64,000 nt of DNA from Escherichia coli (GTDB lineage Bacteria; Pseudomonadota; Gammaproteobacteria; Enterobacterales; Enterobacteriaceae): assembly GCF_022846255.1 (NCBI RefSeq), contig NZ_AP025682.1; one strand, given 5' to 3'. Shown here in pieces: positions 14,521-23,968 of the stretch. Position 1 is the stretch's first letter; each line of letters starts with the position of its first letter. The notes beneath the pieces are model-generated. The model was not told the origin of the DNA, searched no databases, and saw nothing but the letters and a program-made list of their open reading frames with translations. Made by a program: the position numbers and the translations under genes.

Positions 14521-14838
14521 TTAAAGCAGCTTCTCGGACAATAGTTTCAATGCCTTTCTTTGTTCTTCTGTTAAATCATCCTGTTCATTTTTAGGATAAA
14601 TCAACGCCAGATAAATTCGGCCATTGCGTGTTACGTTGTAATAAATTATCCGAATGCCACCCCGTTTCCCCATTCCAGAACGGTTCCAGCGAATTTTTCT
14701 AAAACTGCCTGTGCCTGCGATAATGTCACCGGCAGTGGGATCTTGAATGAGTAGTTCCTGAAAAGCCCGGAACTCATCATCAGGTAGCAATAACTGGCGG
14801 CGTTTGCTAAATCCTTGTAGTTCAATAAAGGTGAACAT
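14521..14838 (-). CDS. putative type II toxin, RelE/ParE superfamily (HigB-like, toxin-first arrangement)
   Basis: 105-aa ORF, ATG at 14838 with AGGA 7 nt upstream; motif GKRGGIRIIYY...IYLALIYPKNEQDDLT typical of RelE-like mRNA interferases; paired with the downstream HTH ORF. Confidence 0.65.
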   Translation of the reverse strand: MFTFIELQGFSKRRQLLLPDDEFRAFQELLIQDPTAGDIIAGTGSFRKIRWNRSGMGKRGGIRIIYYNVTRNGRIYLALIYPKNEQDDLTEEQRKALKLLSEKLL

Positions 14839-14902
14839 AATGCATCCTGCGGTCTATTGATAATTATAAGTGTACCGTGTACATATTGGTAGCTAATTAG
14901 AT
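14839..14902 (-). promoter_or_regulatory. putative promoter/operator of the TA cassette
   Basis: Perfect TATAAT on minus strand about 24 nt upstream of toxin ATG; tandem GTACAC-g-GTACAC repeat immediately upstream. Confidence 0.4.
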
Positions 14903-14934
14903 AAAAAAACCCCTTATCCGTTTGGATAAGGGGT
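14903..14934 (-). terminator. rho-independent terminator of pck
   Basis: ccccttatcc / ggataagggg perfect hairpin followed by T7 on minus strand, 19 nt after pck stop. Confidence 0.75.
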
Positions 14935-14952
14935 CAATGAGATATCAGCTGA

Positions 14953-16575
14953 TTACAGCTTAGGACCAGCCGCTACCAGCGCGGCACCCGCTGGGGTGTC
15001 GGTGTATTTATCAAAGTTGTCGATAAACAGTTTCGCCAGGGTTTCGGCTTTTTCCTGCCACTGTTCCGGGGAAGCGTAGGTGTTACGCGGATCGAGGATC
15101 TTCGTGTCTACGCCCGGCAGTTCGGTTGGGATCGCCAGGTTAAACATCGGCAGAGTGAAGGTTTCTGCGTTATCCAGCGAACCGTTGAGGATGGCGTCGA
15201 TAATGGCGCGGGTATCTTTAATCGAGATACGTTTGCCAGTGCCGTTCCAGCCGGTGTTAACCAGATACGCCTGCGCGCCTGCCGCCTGCATACGTTTCAC
15301 CAGCACTTCTGCGTACTGAGTTGGGTGCAGCGACAGGAATGCCGCGCCGAAGCAGGCGGAGAAGGTTGGCGTCGGTTCGGTGATGCCGCGCTCTGTACCA
15401 GCCAGTTTGGCGGTGAAGCCAGAGAGGAAGTGGTACTGGGTTTGATCGGCAGTCAGGCGAGAAACCGGCGGCAACACGCCGAAAGCATCAGCAGTCAGGA
15501 AGATAACCTTAGTCGCGTGGCCCGCTTTGGAAACCGGTTTAACGATGTTATCGATGTGATAGATCGGATAAGAAACGCGGGTGTTCTCGGTTTTTGAACC
15601 ATCATCAAAGTCGATAGTGCCATCTTCACGCACGGTGACGTTTTCCAGCAGCGCATCGCGACGGATAGCGTTGTAGATTTCAGGTTCCGCTTCTTTCGAC
15701 AGCTTGATGGTTTTCGCGTAGCAGCCGCCTTCGAAGTTAAACACGCCGTCGTCATCCCAGCCGTGTTCGTCATCGCCAATCAGGCGGCGTTTCGGGTCGG
15801 TGGAAAGGGTGGTTTTACCGGTGCCGGAAAGGCCGAAGAACACCGCAACATCGCCTTTCTCGCCAACGTTGGCGGAGCAGTGCATAGAAGCGATACCTTT
15901 CAGCGGCAGCAGGTAGTTCATCATTGAGAACATCCCTTTCTTCATTTCGCCGCCGTACCAGGTGCCGCCAATCAGCTGCATGCGCTCGGTCAGGTTAAAC
16001 GCCACGAAGTTTTCGGAGTTCAGACCCTGTTCTTTCCACTGCGGGTTAGTGCACTTCGCGCCGTTCATAACGATAAAGTCTGGTTTGAAACCTGCCAGCT
16101 CTTCATCGCTCGGGCGAATAAACATGTTTTTGACAAAATGCGCCTGCCAGGCCACTTCGGTGATGAAACGGACGGAAAGACGAGTATCCGGGTTCGCACC
16201 ACAGAAGGCGTCGACAACGAACAGACGTTTGCCGGAAAGCTGCCTGGTCACCAGGCCTTTCAGATGCTGCCAGGTTTCCGGAGAGAGAGGTTTGTTGTCG
16301 TTCTTACCTTTGCCTTTGTCTGCCCACCAGAAAGTATCGCGAGTGGTATCGTCACGAACGATATACTTATCTTTCGGTGAACGACCGGTGAAGATCCCGG
16401 TATCGACGGCAACGGCACCCAGATTAGTTAACACCCCGCGCTCATAACCGGTCAGGCTCGGGTCCAGCTCTTCCTGATACAGCAGATCGTAGCTTGGGTT
16501 GTAAACGATATCATGTACGTCACTGATACCATAAGCCTCGAGTTCTTGCGGGGTCAAACCATTGTTAACGCGCAT
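14953..16575 (-). CDS. pck: phosphoenolpyruvate carboxykinase (ATP)
   Basis: 540-aa product from ATG ([16 protein letters not shown]) at 16575; ORF-track start is a 23-codon extension; P-loop GLSGTGKTT present. Confidence 0.95.
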   Translation of the reverse strand: MRVNNGLTPQELEAYGISDVHDIVYNPSYDLLYQEELDPSLTGYERGVLTNLGAVAVDTGIFTGRSPKDKYIVRDDTTRDTFWWADKGKGKNDNKPLSPETWQHLKGLVTRQLSGKRLFVVDAFCGANPDTRLSVRFITEVAWQAHFVKNMFIRPSDEELAGFKPDFIVMNGAKCTNPQWKEQGLNSENFVAFNLTERMQLIGGTWYGGEMKKGMFSMMNYLLPLKGIASMHCSANVGEKGDVAVFFGLSGTGKTTLSTDPKRRLIGDDEHGWDDDGVFNFEGGCYAKTIKLSKEAEPEIYNAIRRDALLENVTVREDGTIDFDDGSKTENTRVSYPIYHIDNIVKPVSKAGHATKVIFLTADAFGVLPPVSRLTADQTQYHFLSGFTAKLAGTERGITEPTPTFSACFGAAFLSLHPTQYAEVLVKRMQAAGAQAYLVNTGWNGTGKRISIKDTRAIIDAILNGSLDNAETFTLPMFNLAIPTELPGVDTKILDPRNTYASPEQWQEKAETLAKLFIDNFDKYTDTPAGAALVAAGPKL

Positions 16576-16953
16576 TTCACTGCTCCTTAGCCAATATGTA
16601 TTGCCTGAATAGTAAAGTCTTTTTGGGGGTGTTAACCGCGACAAGGCTCATAGATTTACGTATCTGGAGAAATTCATATTTGACAAAAAACTCCGTGATT
16701 CCTGTCACGAAACGGTTGCTATTATCGCAGAAATAGCATTTTAGGTGTGGAAAATGTTCTCAAAAGGTTAAATCTTGGTTTATATGGCGAGAATATTGTG
16801 AGTGGAATCGCATTCATGAATGAAATTGATGCAAATTCAATCGGTAAAGTATCGATTCACCACGCTAACTTTTTTTGATTATTTTCTGAAAAAAGCAAAA
16901 TACTACTGCCCGGATGCGATAATTAACCCACCTTTTGATTCTGGATAAACAAC

Positions 16954-18678
16954 ATGGATAACGTTGAACTTTCACCGGCAACACGCTGGGGGATGATTGC
17001 TACCGGATTACTTCAGGGGTTGGTTTGCTACCTGCTGATCGCCTGGCTTGCCGGAAAAAATCTCAGTTGGATTGTTTATGGCGTGCCTGCGACCGTCGCG
17101 TTTTCATCCGTTTTACTCTTCTCCGTGATCTCCTTTAAACAGAATCGCCTTTGGGGATGGCTGGCGCTGGTGTTTATTGCCACGCTGGGAATGAGCGGCT
17201 GGCTGAAGTGGCAAACTGATGGCATGACCCCCTGGAGAGCTGAAAAGGCGCTTTGGGATTTTGGCTGCTATCTGCTGCTGATGGCAATGTTGTTGCTACC
17301 GTGGATACAACAAAGCCTTCGCATCCGCAATGACAGTAGCCGCTATCGCTACTTTTACCAGTCAGTATGGCATAACGTACTTATATTACTGGTGATTTTT
17401 CTCGCCAATGGCCTGACGTGGCTGGTGCTTTTACTGTGGAGTGAGTTGTTTAAACTTGTTGGCATCACGTTTTTCAAAACGCTCTTTTTTGCAACCGACT
17501 GGTTTATTTATCTCACGTTAGGTCTGGTTACCGCGCTGGCGGTGATCCTCGCGCGAACACAGTCACGTTTAATCGACTCTATTCAAAAGTTGTTCACGTT
17601 AATCGCCACGGGGTTGCTGCCGTTAGTATCATTGCTAACCCTGATGTTTATTATCACCCTGCCGTTTACGGGCCTGAGCGCGATTTCTCGCCACATCTCC
17701 GCCGCTGGGTTGCTGTTAACGCTGGCCTTTTTGCAATTGATCTTAATGGCTATTGTCCGCGATCCGCAAAAAGCGTCACTTCCCTGGACGGGGCCATTGC
17801 GTTGCCTGATTAAAACCGCTTTGCTGGTTGCTCCGCTGTATGTGTTCGTCGCCGCCTGGGCGTTATGGCTGCGGGTCGCTCAGTACGGCTGGACTGCCGA
17901 CCGCTTGCAGGGCGCGCTGGCGGTGCTGGTGTTACTGGTATGGTCGCTGGGGTATTTTGTCAGTATCGTCTGGCGTAAAGGGCAAAATCCCCTTGATCTT
18001 CAGGGCAAAGTGAACCTTGTGGTTTCGTTATTGGTGTTGGTAATACTGGTGCTTCTTAATTCGCCGGTGCTGGACAGTATGCGCATTAGTGTGAACAGTC
18101 ATATGGCACGTTATCAGAGCGGCAAGAACACGCCAGATCAGGTAAGTCTCTACATGCTCGAACAGAACGGTCGCTATGGACGTGCGGCGCTTGAGTCGCT
18201 GAAAAGCGATGCCGGGTTTATGAAAGACCCGAAACGCGCGCGGGATCTGCTGATGGCGTTAGATGGAGAGCAACATCTTCAGGAACAGGTATCGGAAAAA
18301 GTATTAGCCGATAATGTGTTAATTGCCCCAGGTTCTGGTAAACCGGATGCGACATTCTGGTCGGCCTTAATCCAGGATCGCTATAACGTGATGACCTGTA
18401 TTGAAAAAGACGCCTGCGTACTGGTCGAGCAAGATCTGAATAGTGATGGCAGCGCAGAGCGGATCCTCTTTGCCTTTGATGATGAAAGATACATTGTCTA
18501 TGGCTTTGATCCTGACAAGAAAGAATGGCAAGAGCTTACGATGAGTTTACTTCCGCGTGATATAACGAAAGAAAAATTACTCACAGCTGCGAAGGATGGA
18601 AAACTGGGAACGAAGCCTAAAGCGTGGCGCGATCTTGTAGTGGATGGTGAACGGCTGGATGTGAATCTGAATGAGTGA
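16954..18678 (+). CDS. yhgE: inner membrane protein YhgE (function unknown)
   Basis: 574-aa polytopic membrane ORF recognised as YhgE. Confidence 0.85.
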   Translation: MDNVELSPATRWGMIATGLLQGLVCYLLIAWLAGKNLSWIVYGVPATVAFSSVLLFSVISFKQNRLWGWLALVFIATLGMSGWLKWQTDGMTPWRAEKALWDFGCYLLLMAMLLLPWIQQSLRIRNDSSRYRYFYQSVWHNVLILLVIFLANGLTWLVLLLWSELFKLVGITFFKTLFFATDWFIYLTLGLVTALAVILARTQSRLIDSIQKLFTLIATGLLPLVSLLTLMFIITLPFTGLSAISRHISAAGLLLTLAFLQLILMAIVRDPQKASLPWTGPLRCLIKTALLVAPLYVFVAAWALWLRVAQYGWTADRLQGALAVLVLLVWSLGYFVSIVWRKGQNPLDLQGKVNLVVSLLVLVILVLLNSPVLDSMRISVNSHMARYQSGKNTPDQVSLYMLEQNGRYGRAALESLKSDAGFMKDPKRARDLLMALDGEQHLQEQVSEKVLADNVLIAPGSGKPDATFWSALIQDRYNVMTCIEKDACVLVEQDLNSDGSAERILFAFDDERYIVYGFDPDKKEWQELTMSLLPRDITKEKLLTAAKDGKLGTKPKAWRDLVVDGERLDVNLNE

Positions 18679-18740
18679 CAAAGCGCATCAGGTGTATTAG
18701 TCGTAAAATCCGGCAGAGCCCTCTCTGCCGGACATACTCA

Positions 18741-19619
18741 TTAATGAACTTGCGGATCTGCCGGAGACGCGTTGTTGCGGATTTCAGCAATATCCATCGC
18801 ATTGAACAGATAGTGGTTACCGCAGTAATCACAATGCATGTCAATTTCGCCATCTTCCGCCAGGATGCTATCGACTTCTTCATCCGGCAGCGTTTTTAGC
18901 GCGTCGGCGCAACGTTCACGCGAGCAGGTGCATTTGAACTCCACATCCTGCGGATCGTAAACCGTCACCTCTTCTTCGTGATACAAACGCCACAACACTT
19001 CGTTTGCCGGTAAGGTCAGCAGTTCTTCGGTTTTGATGGTTTCGGTTAGCGTCGCCAGGTGGTCAAAGTCGTCCTGCTGGGCATTTTGCGCAGGCATTAC
19101 CTGCAACAACATACCGCCTGCAGCCGGTTTGCCGTCTACGTCGCCGGTGCGAATAAAAAGGCGCGTCGGCAGCTGTTCAGAACGCATAAAGTAATCTTCT
19201 AGGCAGGCCGCCAGAGTATCACCTTCCAGACCCACCACGCCCTGATAGCGTTCACCTTCGCTCGGGGTGATGGTGATCACCACGTAACCATTGCCGACCA
19301 GCGTTTTCAGGTCGGCATTTTCTGGAATTTCGCCCTGCACGCGCGCCACACCGCGCATCTGCTGTTTGTTGTTACCGTTAATAACCGCCAGATTCATCGG
19401 ACCGTCGCCTTGCAGCTGTACGGTGATATCACCATCAAACTTCAGCGTAGCGGTTAACAGGCTGGTCGCAACCAGCAGTTCTGCCAGCACGTTTTTAACG
19501 GGCTGCGGATAATCGTGGTTCTCAAGGATCTGTTGCAGGGTTTCCGAAACGGTTACCAGTTCGCCGCGAACGGCAAAGTTTTCAAACAGATAGCGATGTA
19601 ATTGGTCATGTTGCGGCAT
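18741..19619 (-). CDS. hslO: redox-regulated chaperone Hsp33
   Basis: 292 aa from second ATG (MPQHDQL) at 19619, which has better spacing to the GAGAG RBS; ORF-track start at 19625 is 2 codons longer; C-terminal CxC...CxxC zinc centre. Confidence 0.9.
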   Translation of the reverse strand: MPQHDQLHRYLFENFAVRGELVTVSETLQQILENHDYPQPVKNVLAELLVATSLLTATLKFDGDITVQLQGDGPMNLAVINGNNKQQMRGVARVQGEIPENADLKTLVGNGYVVITITPSEGERYQGVVGLEGDTLAACLEDYFMRSEQLPTRLFIRTGDVDGKPAAGGMLLQVMPAQNAQQDDFDHLATLTETIKTEELLTLPANEVLWRLYHEEEVTVYDPQDVEFKCTCSRERCADALKTLPDEEVDSILAEDGEIDMHCDYCGNHYLFNAMDIAEIRNNASPADPQVH

Positions 19620-19643
19620 AATCATCTCTCTTGCAGGTGACAG

Positions 19644-20045
19644 TTATTCACTGTCGCCGTGTTTAAATCGTAACAGGTCGCGGCGCTCTTTTTTGTCCGG
19701 GCGTCGGTCCGGGTGCGGCATGGTTAAGGCATTAAGTTTACGTGCCAGCGCCATTTTTTCGCGTTTCTCTACACTTTCCGCAGTCTCTTCATACAGCAAG
19801 GCTGCCTCGCTGGCGGGGCGACGCTGTTCAGTAATCGCCTTTACAATCACCGTGCGTTCGTCATTTCCCTGGCGCAGAGTGAGCGTGGCATTCAGCTCGA
19901 CGATTTTGCTCGGCTTGCTGCGCTGCCCGTTGTAATGCACCTTACCGCCTTCAATCATTTCACGGGCCAGCGCGCGGGTTTTATAAAAACGGGCAGCCCA
20001 TAGCCATTTATCCAGTCGAACCTCAACAGCAGGTTTTTCTTTCAT
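19644..20045 (-). CDS. hslR: heat shock protein Hsp15 (ribosome-associated)
   Basis: 133-aa basic ORF with S4-like N-terminus, immediately upstream of hslO. Confidence 0.92.
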   Translation of the reverse strand: MKEKPAVEVRLDKWLWAARFYKTRALAREMIEGGKVHYNGQRSKPSKIVELNATLTLRQGNDERTVIVKAITEQRRPASEAALLYEETAESVEKREKMALARKLNALTMPHPDRRPDKKERRDLLRFKHGDSE

Positions 20046-20055
20046 GGCGTCTCCT

Positions 20056-20724
20056 TCACATTAGCGAGGGGATCAGGCGGCGGTAGTCATTCAGTGACGG
20101 ATGGCGTTGATACTGTTTCTCGGCAATCCCGGAGTCAGGATTAGTCACGCCGAGGCAGTAACGAATACCAAATTGCGCGGCAGCATCGAGAATCGCTTCG
20201 CTGTCATCAATAAACAGCGTTCTTTCAGCTTTCAGACCCGTAGCTTCGGCCACCGCATGCCATAACCGCTGATCCTCTTTCGGATAACCAAATGTGTGGG
20301 TGGAAAGTAATAAATCAAGGTGTGCGTCCAGACCGGTATGCTCAAGTTTTACCGCCAGGTTGTGCGGATGCGCATTGGTGAGCAAAATTCGCTGCTTACC
20401 GCTGGCTTTCAGTGCCTCAAGAAACGGAATGGTATCTTCACGCAGTACGGCGCGCGGTCCCATCTCGGTGGTCATCGCACAGATATCCAGACCCAGTTGC
20501 TCACTCCAGTAATCAAGACAGTACCAGTTTAGCGTATGCTGTACGTCGTGATATTGCTGGCGCATATATTCCATCGCTTCCTGTGGCGTAACCCCGTTTT
20601 TCGCGCCCCATGTTTCAGGCACCAGCTTTTGCCAGAAATAGTTATCGAAGGCGAGGTCGAGCAACGTGCCGTCCATATCCAGCAGAACGGTATCTACGTC
20701 CTGCCAGGCAATGTTGATATGCAT
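20056..20724 (-). CDS. yrfG: HAD-family GMP/IMP nucleotidase YrfG
   Basis: 222 aa from ATG (MHINIAWQDVDTVLLDMDGTLLD) at 20724; HAD DxDGT motif; ORF-track start extended by 15 codons. Confidence 0.88.
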   Translation of the reverse strand: MHINIAWQDVDTVLLDMDGTLLDLAFDNYFWQKLVPETWGAKNGVTPQEAMEYMRQQYHDVQHTLNWYCLDYWSEQLGLDICAMTTEMGPRAVLREDTIPFLEALKASGKQRILLTNAHPHNLAVKLEHTGLDAHLDLLLSTHTFGYPKEDQRLWHAVAEATGLKAERTLFIDDSEAILDAAAQFGIRYCLGVTNPDSGIAEKQYQRHPSLNDYRRLIPSLM

Positions 20725-20788
20725 GAGGGAAATCTCCAGAGTGAAGCAATTTGCGCGACAGGGTAGCATAACCTGCCGCGCAAACGTG

Positions 20789-22924
20789 TTATTCGATAAG
20801 GCTTTCTGAAGGGGTGATCAGTTGTGGGTTCAGGCAGCTTTCATAATAGGCCTGAATCTTCATCATGCGAGTACGATGACGCTGGTAACGCCGCCAGGCC
20901 TGTACGCCATTATAAATGGCGCTACCCAGCATTGTCAGTAGCAGCAGCGTGGTGCTGAGATAGCGCCACAGGCCGGAACGATCCGGGATCGGATGAAGGC
21001 CTATATGCTGCGTACCATTGGCGTCAGTGAAGATTTTTGTGACGATACCCTCGGCGTTAAACGGCGTATGCATCAGCATTTGTGCCAGTTTCTGGAAAGC
21101 GTTCCACTGTTCTTGCGGCGGGTAGTCGTAAAGTGATGCCGAAGGCCAGGGCTGATCAACAAAATCGCTGCCTTCGTCGCTGACAATCAGGAATCCGCCG
21201 GGGGCCGGACTGTTTAGTGATTGTGCCGCTCGCGCTGTTTCATGCGTGATAAACGGCGCGGTGGAGGTTGCCACCAGGTTATCCAGCGATTCCGCACTCA
21301 CCGGGCGTAATAACACATTCACGCCATCGAGCTTCCCGGCGTTGGCGCGTTTTACCAGCGCGTCCCAGTCTTTACTATTGCCGAGATTGACCAGCGCATT
21401 TTTCAGTCGCACACAGTCATCTTTAGCAGAACACAGATCCGCTGTCTTCAGTACTATGTCGCCAAAATCATCAAGCAATACCATGCCGGATTTTTGAATT
21501 GCTGAACGTAATGAGGCGCTGACGCGAGATTCATCTTCCGGTTTAGGGTGCAGCTGGCGATTAACTGCTTCGGTCAATGCCGTCGCTTTGTTGACCAATT
21601 CAGATTCTGGTAATGGCAATGAGCGGGCGTCATTCCAGATGATCTGCGAGCAGTCAAACGGTAAAAAAGGTGAGTTGGTTTTCGCGCTCCAGGTACCGGA
21701 AGTGCGAATATTACACATTCCCGTACCGCTAATACGCAATGTATCGCCAACCCGCACGCCAGCGTCAGCCAGTTGTTTCACGCTGGTGGCTTCAATGGTC
21801 TGCGCGCCTTTCATCCACGAGAGGGTGAATTTCAGCGGCATATCCAGCGGGATCCAGAATAACAGCATAAACAGCACCAGTAGCGAGCCCGCAGCGATAA
21901 TCGTATTGCGCAGCCAGTGCTGTAACGGAAAGTTTTTTACTTCATCATGCAGCGAAAGATATCGCCCCTGACGCACTACGTGGCGGTCGAGATAGATATC
22001 GATATCGGTTTGTTGACCGAGATCCTGAGCAATGTATGGCTGCCAGTGTGCGGGGTAGACCAGGTCGATAATACCGAGTGAAATATTGTTGATCTGTTCC
22101 TGATCGTTTTCGCCAAACAATCCCCAACGACGGGGTGTACCGCGCAGACAATGAATTTCCCGCAGGGAGGATTTTGCCGGGGGCGCGAATAGCCCCCACA
22201 GACCTGCGCCCAGCAGCAGTAACGCGCCGCCTGCCAGCCACGGAACAAATACATCCGGGGTAATCAGGCAGAAAAAGAACATCAGGAAGGAGGCGACAAT
22301 CAGCAACGCTTCGCGCAGCCCGCGCGGACGACTTAGCGCATACTCTTCGTGCGTTTCTTTGCGAATATTGAGTAGCTCGATTTGCTCACTCTCTTCCCCG
22401 CGAATCGACGCCTGTGTTGACGGAACAGGTTGCAAGGCATAGCCGCGAGTTTCCTGCATGTACTCCTGCAGCGTATGACCGTTGAGTGAAATAACCAGCG
22501 GCAGCGAATCGGTATGAATCAGTTCAACGGTATTCTCATCGTTGATGTACTGCTCCCAGAAAGGGGGCAGGTGGACTTCTACCGAATCGAGGTAGTAACG
22601 CCATTTATTCGGATCGTCGGTAGAGATGCCGTAACGCGTGATAGCGTGTGTTAGCATCATGACGTTGTTGCTTTCGGCATTCAGCGCCAGAGAGATCGGT
22701 GCCGCGCTGGCTCCCGTTGGGCCAGGCACCTGTAATACCTGCGTCAGGCTCTCAAGATAATTTTCAACGGCGCTACGTTCTTCAGGTGTGAGTTTGCGCG
22801 TTTGCGCGTCTGCGAAAGCGTTGGTCCAGGGCAGTTGACGCCGTCTGGATCGCACTTTTATCAGCCATCCCGCAAGTAGTGAGCAGGCCAGCAAAGCAGC
22901 TAAAAAAATCACAATGGTGCTCAT
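20789..22924 (-). CDS. igaA: Rcs phosphorelay attenuator IgaA (YrfF)
   Basis: 711-aa inner-membrane ORF recognised as IgaA. Confidence 0.9.
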   Translation of the reverse strand: MSTIVIFLAALLACSLLAGWLIKVRSRRRQLPWTNAFADAQTRKLTPEERSAVENYLESLTQVLQVPGPTGASAAPISLALNAESNNVMMLTHAITRYGISTDDPNKWRYYLDSVEVHLPPFWEQYINDENTVELIHTDSLPLVISLNGHTLQEYMQETRGYALQPVPSTQASIRGEESEQIELLNIRKETHEEYALSRPRGLREALLIVASFLMFFFCLITPDVFVPWLAGGALLLLGAGLWGLFAPPAKSSLREIHCLRGTPRRWGLFGENDQEQINNISLGIIDLVYPAHWQPYIAQDLGQQTDIDIYLDRHVVRQGRYLSLHDEVKNFPLQHWLRNTIIAAGSLLVLFMLLFWIPLDMPLKFTLSWMKGAQTIEATSVKQLADAGVRVGDTLRISGTGMCNIRTSGTWSAKTNSPFLPFDCSQIIWNDARSLPLPESELVNKATALTEAVNRQLHPKPEDESRVSASLRSAIQKSGMVLLDDFGDIVLKTADLCSAKDDCVRLKNALVNLGNSKDWDALVKRANAGKLDGVNVLLRPVSAESLDNLVATSTAPFITHETARAAQSLNSPAPGGFLIVSDEGSDFVDQPWPSASLYDYPPQEQWNAFQKLAQMLMHTPFNAEGIVTKIFTDANGTQHIGLHPIPDRSGLWRYLSTTLLLLTMLGSAIYNGVQAWRRYQRHRTRMMKIQAYYESCLNPQLITPSESLIE

Positions 22925-23243
22925 GCTTTCCCCATCTTACTTAGTCTGTCAGGCGTGGTCAGTCGCACCGGACACAAAACATGATTCTGCGGTTGGCTAT
23001 CGGCAAGCGTGGAGTTTAACTTGAGCATCATTAAGCACATCACAGTAACCGCTGATCATAGCAAACCCTCTGAAGGCGGAATATCAGCAAATTCCTAGAG
23101 TTATTTCAACCTATTGACTTTTAATTTGATTTGAGGACGATTATTTATTAAGTTACATAAATGTAAATAACATGCAATTCACATTGCCGAAAGCGTGTCC
23201 TATATCGCACAATAACCGCTGATTTCACAGCATAGATCCCACG

Positions 23244-23804
23244 ATGAGCAAATCATTACAAAAACCCACCATTCTGAATGTTGAAACTGTAGCCCGTTCC
23301 CGACTGTTTACCGTCGAAAGCGTGGATCTGGAGTTCAGCAATGGCGTGCGGCGTGTTTATGAACGAATGCGTCCAACCAACCGGGAAGCAGTGATGATTG
23401 TGCCGATTGTGGACGATCACCTGATCCTGATCCGCGAATACGCAGTGGGAACTGAATCCTACGAATTAGGTTTTTCGAAAGGATTAATTGATCCGGGTGA
23501 AAGCGTCTTTGAAGCCGCTAACCGCGAGCTAAAAGAAGAGGTTGGATTTGGTGCGAACGATCTGACTTTTTTGAAGAAGCTCAGCATGGCACCGTCTTAC
23601 TTTTCCAGCAAAATGAATATCGTGGTAGCGCAAGATCTCTACCCGGAATCACTGGAAGGCGATGAGCCAGAGCCGCTACCACAGGTGCGCTGGCCGCTGG
23701 CGCATATGATGGATTTGCTGGAAGCCCCTGACTTCAATGAAGCGCGTAATGTCAGCGCGCTGTTCCTCGTGCGCGAATGGTTGAAAGGGCAGGGGCGAGT
23801 GTAA
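23244..23804 (+). CDS. nudE: ADP compounds hydrolase NudE (Nudix)
   Basis: 186-aa ORF with Nudix box (GLIDPGESVFEAANRELKEEVG). Confidence 0.92.
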   Translation: MSKSLQKPTILNVETVARSRLFTVESVDLEFSNGVRRVYERMRPTNREAVMIVPIVDDHLILIREYAVGTESYELGFSKGLIDPGESVFEAANRELKEEVGFGANDLTFLKKLSMAPSYFSSKMNIVVAQDLYPESLEGDEPEPLPQVRWPLAHMMDLLEAPDFNEARNVSALFLVREWLKGQGRV

Positions 23805-23815
23805 ATGCGTGAAGT

Positions 23816-23845
23816 TTGCCTGATGCATAATGCTTATCAGGCTTA
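23816..23845. repeat. REP-like palindromic element
   Basis: gcctgatgcataatgcttatcaggc inverted repeat (gcctgat / atcaggc arms). Confidence 0.55.
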
Positions 23846-23883
23846 CGAAGTTCCTGCAATTTATTGAATTTTCAATTTTTGTT

Positions 23884-23912
23884 GGCCGGATAACGCGTTC
23901 ACCCGCATCCGG
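23884..23912. repeat. REP element
   Basis: gccggataacgcgttcacccgcatccggc, classic REP pattern between nudE and mrcA. Confidence 0.65.
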
Positions 23913-23968
23913 CATAAACAAGTGCACTTTGTCAGCAAACTGAAAAAGGCGCCGAAGCGCCTTTTTAA

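Noticed and set aside
14184-14864. 9-bp direct repeat attgataat at 14184..14192 and 14856..14864 flanking the toxin-antitoxin cassette, considered as a possible target-site duplication
   Set aside because: The left copy lies inside the antitoxin coding sequence rather than outside the inserted genes; the motif is short and AT-rich, so chance occurrence is plausible, and no inverted repeats or integrase are present.
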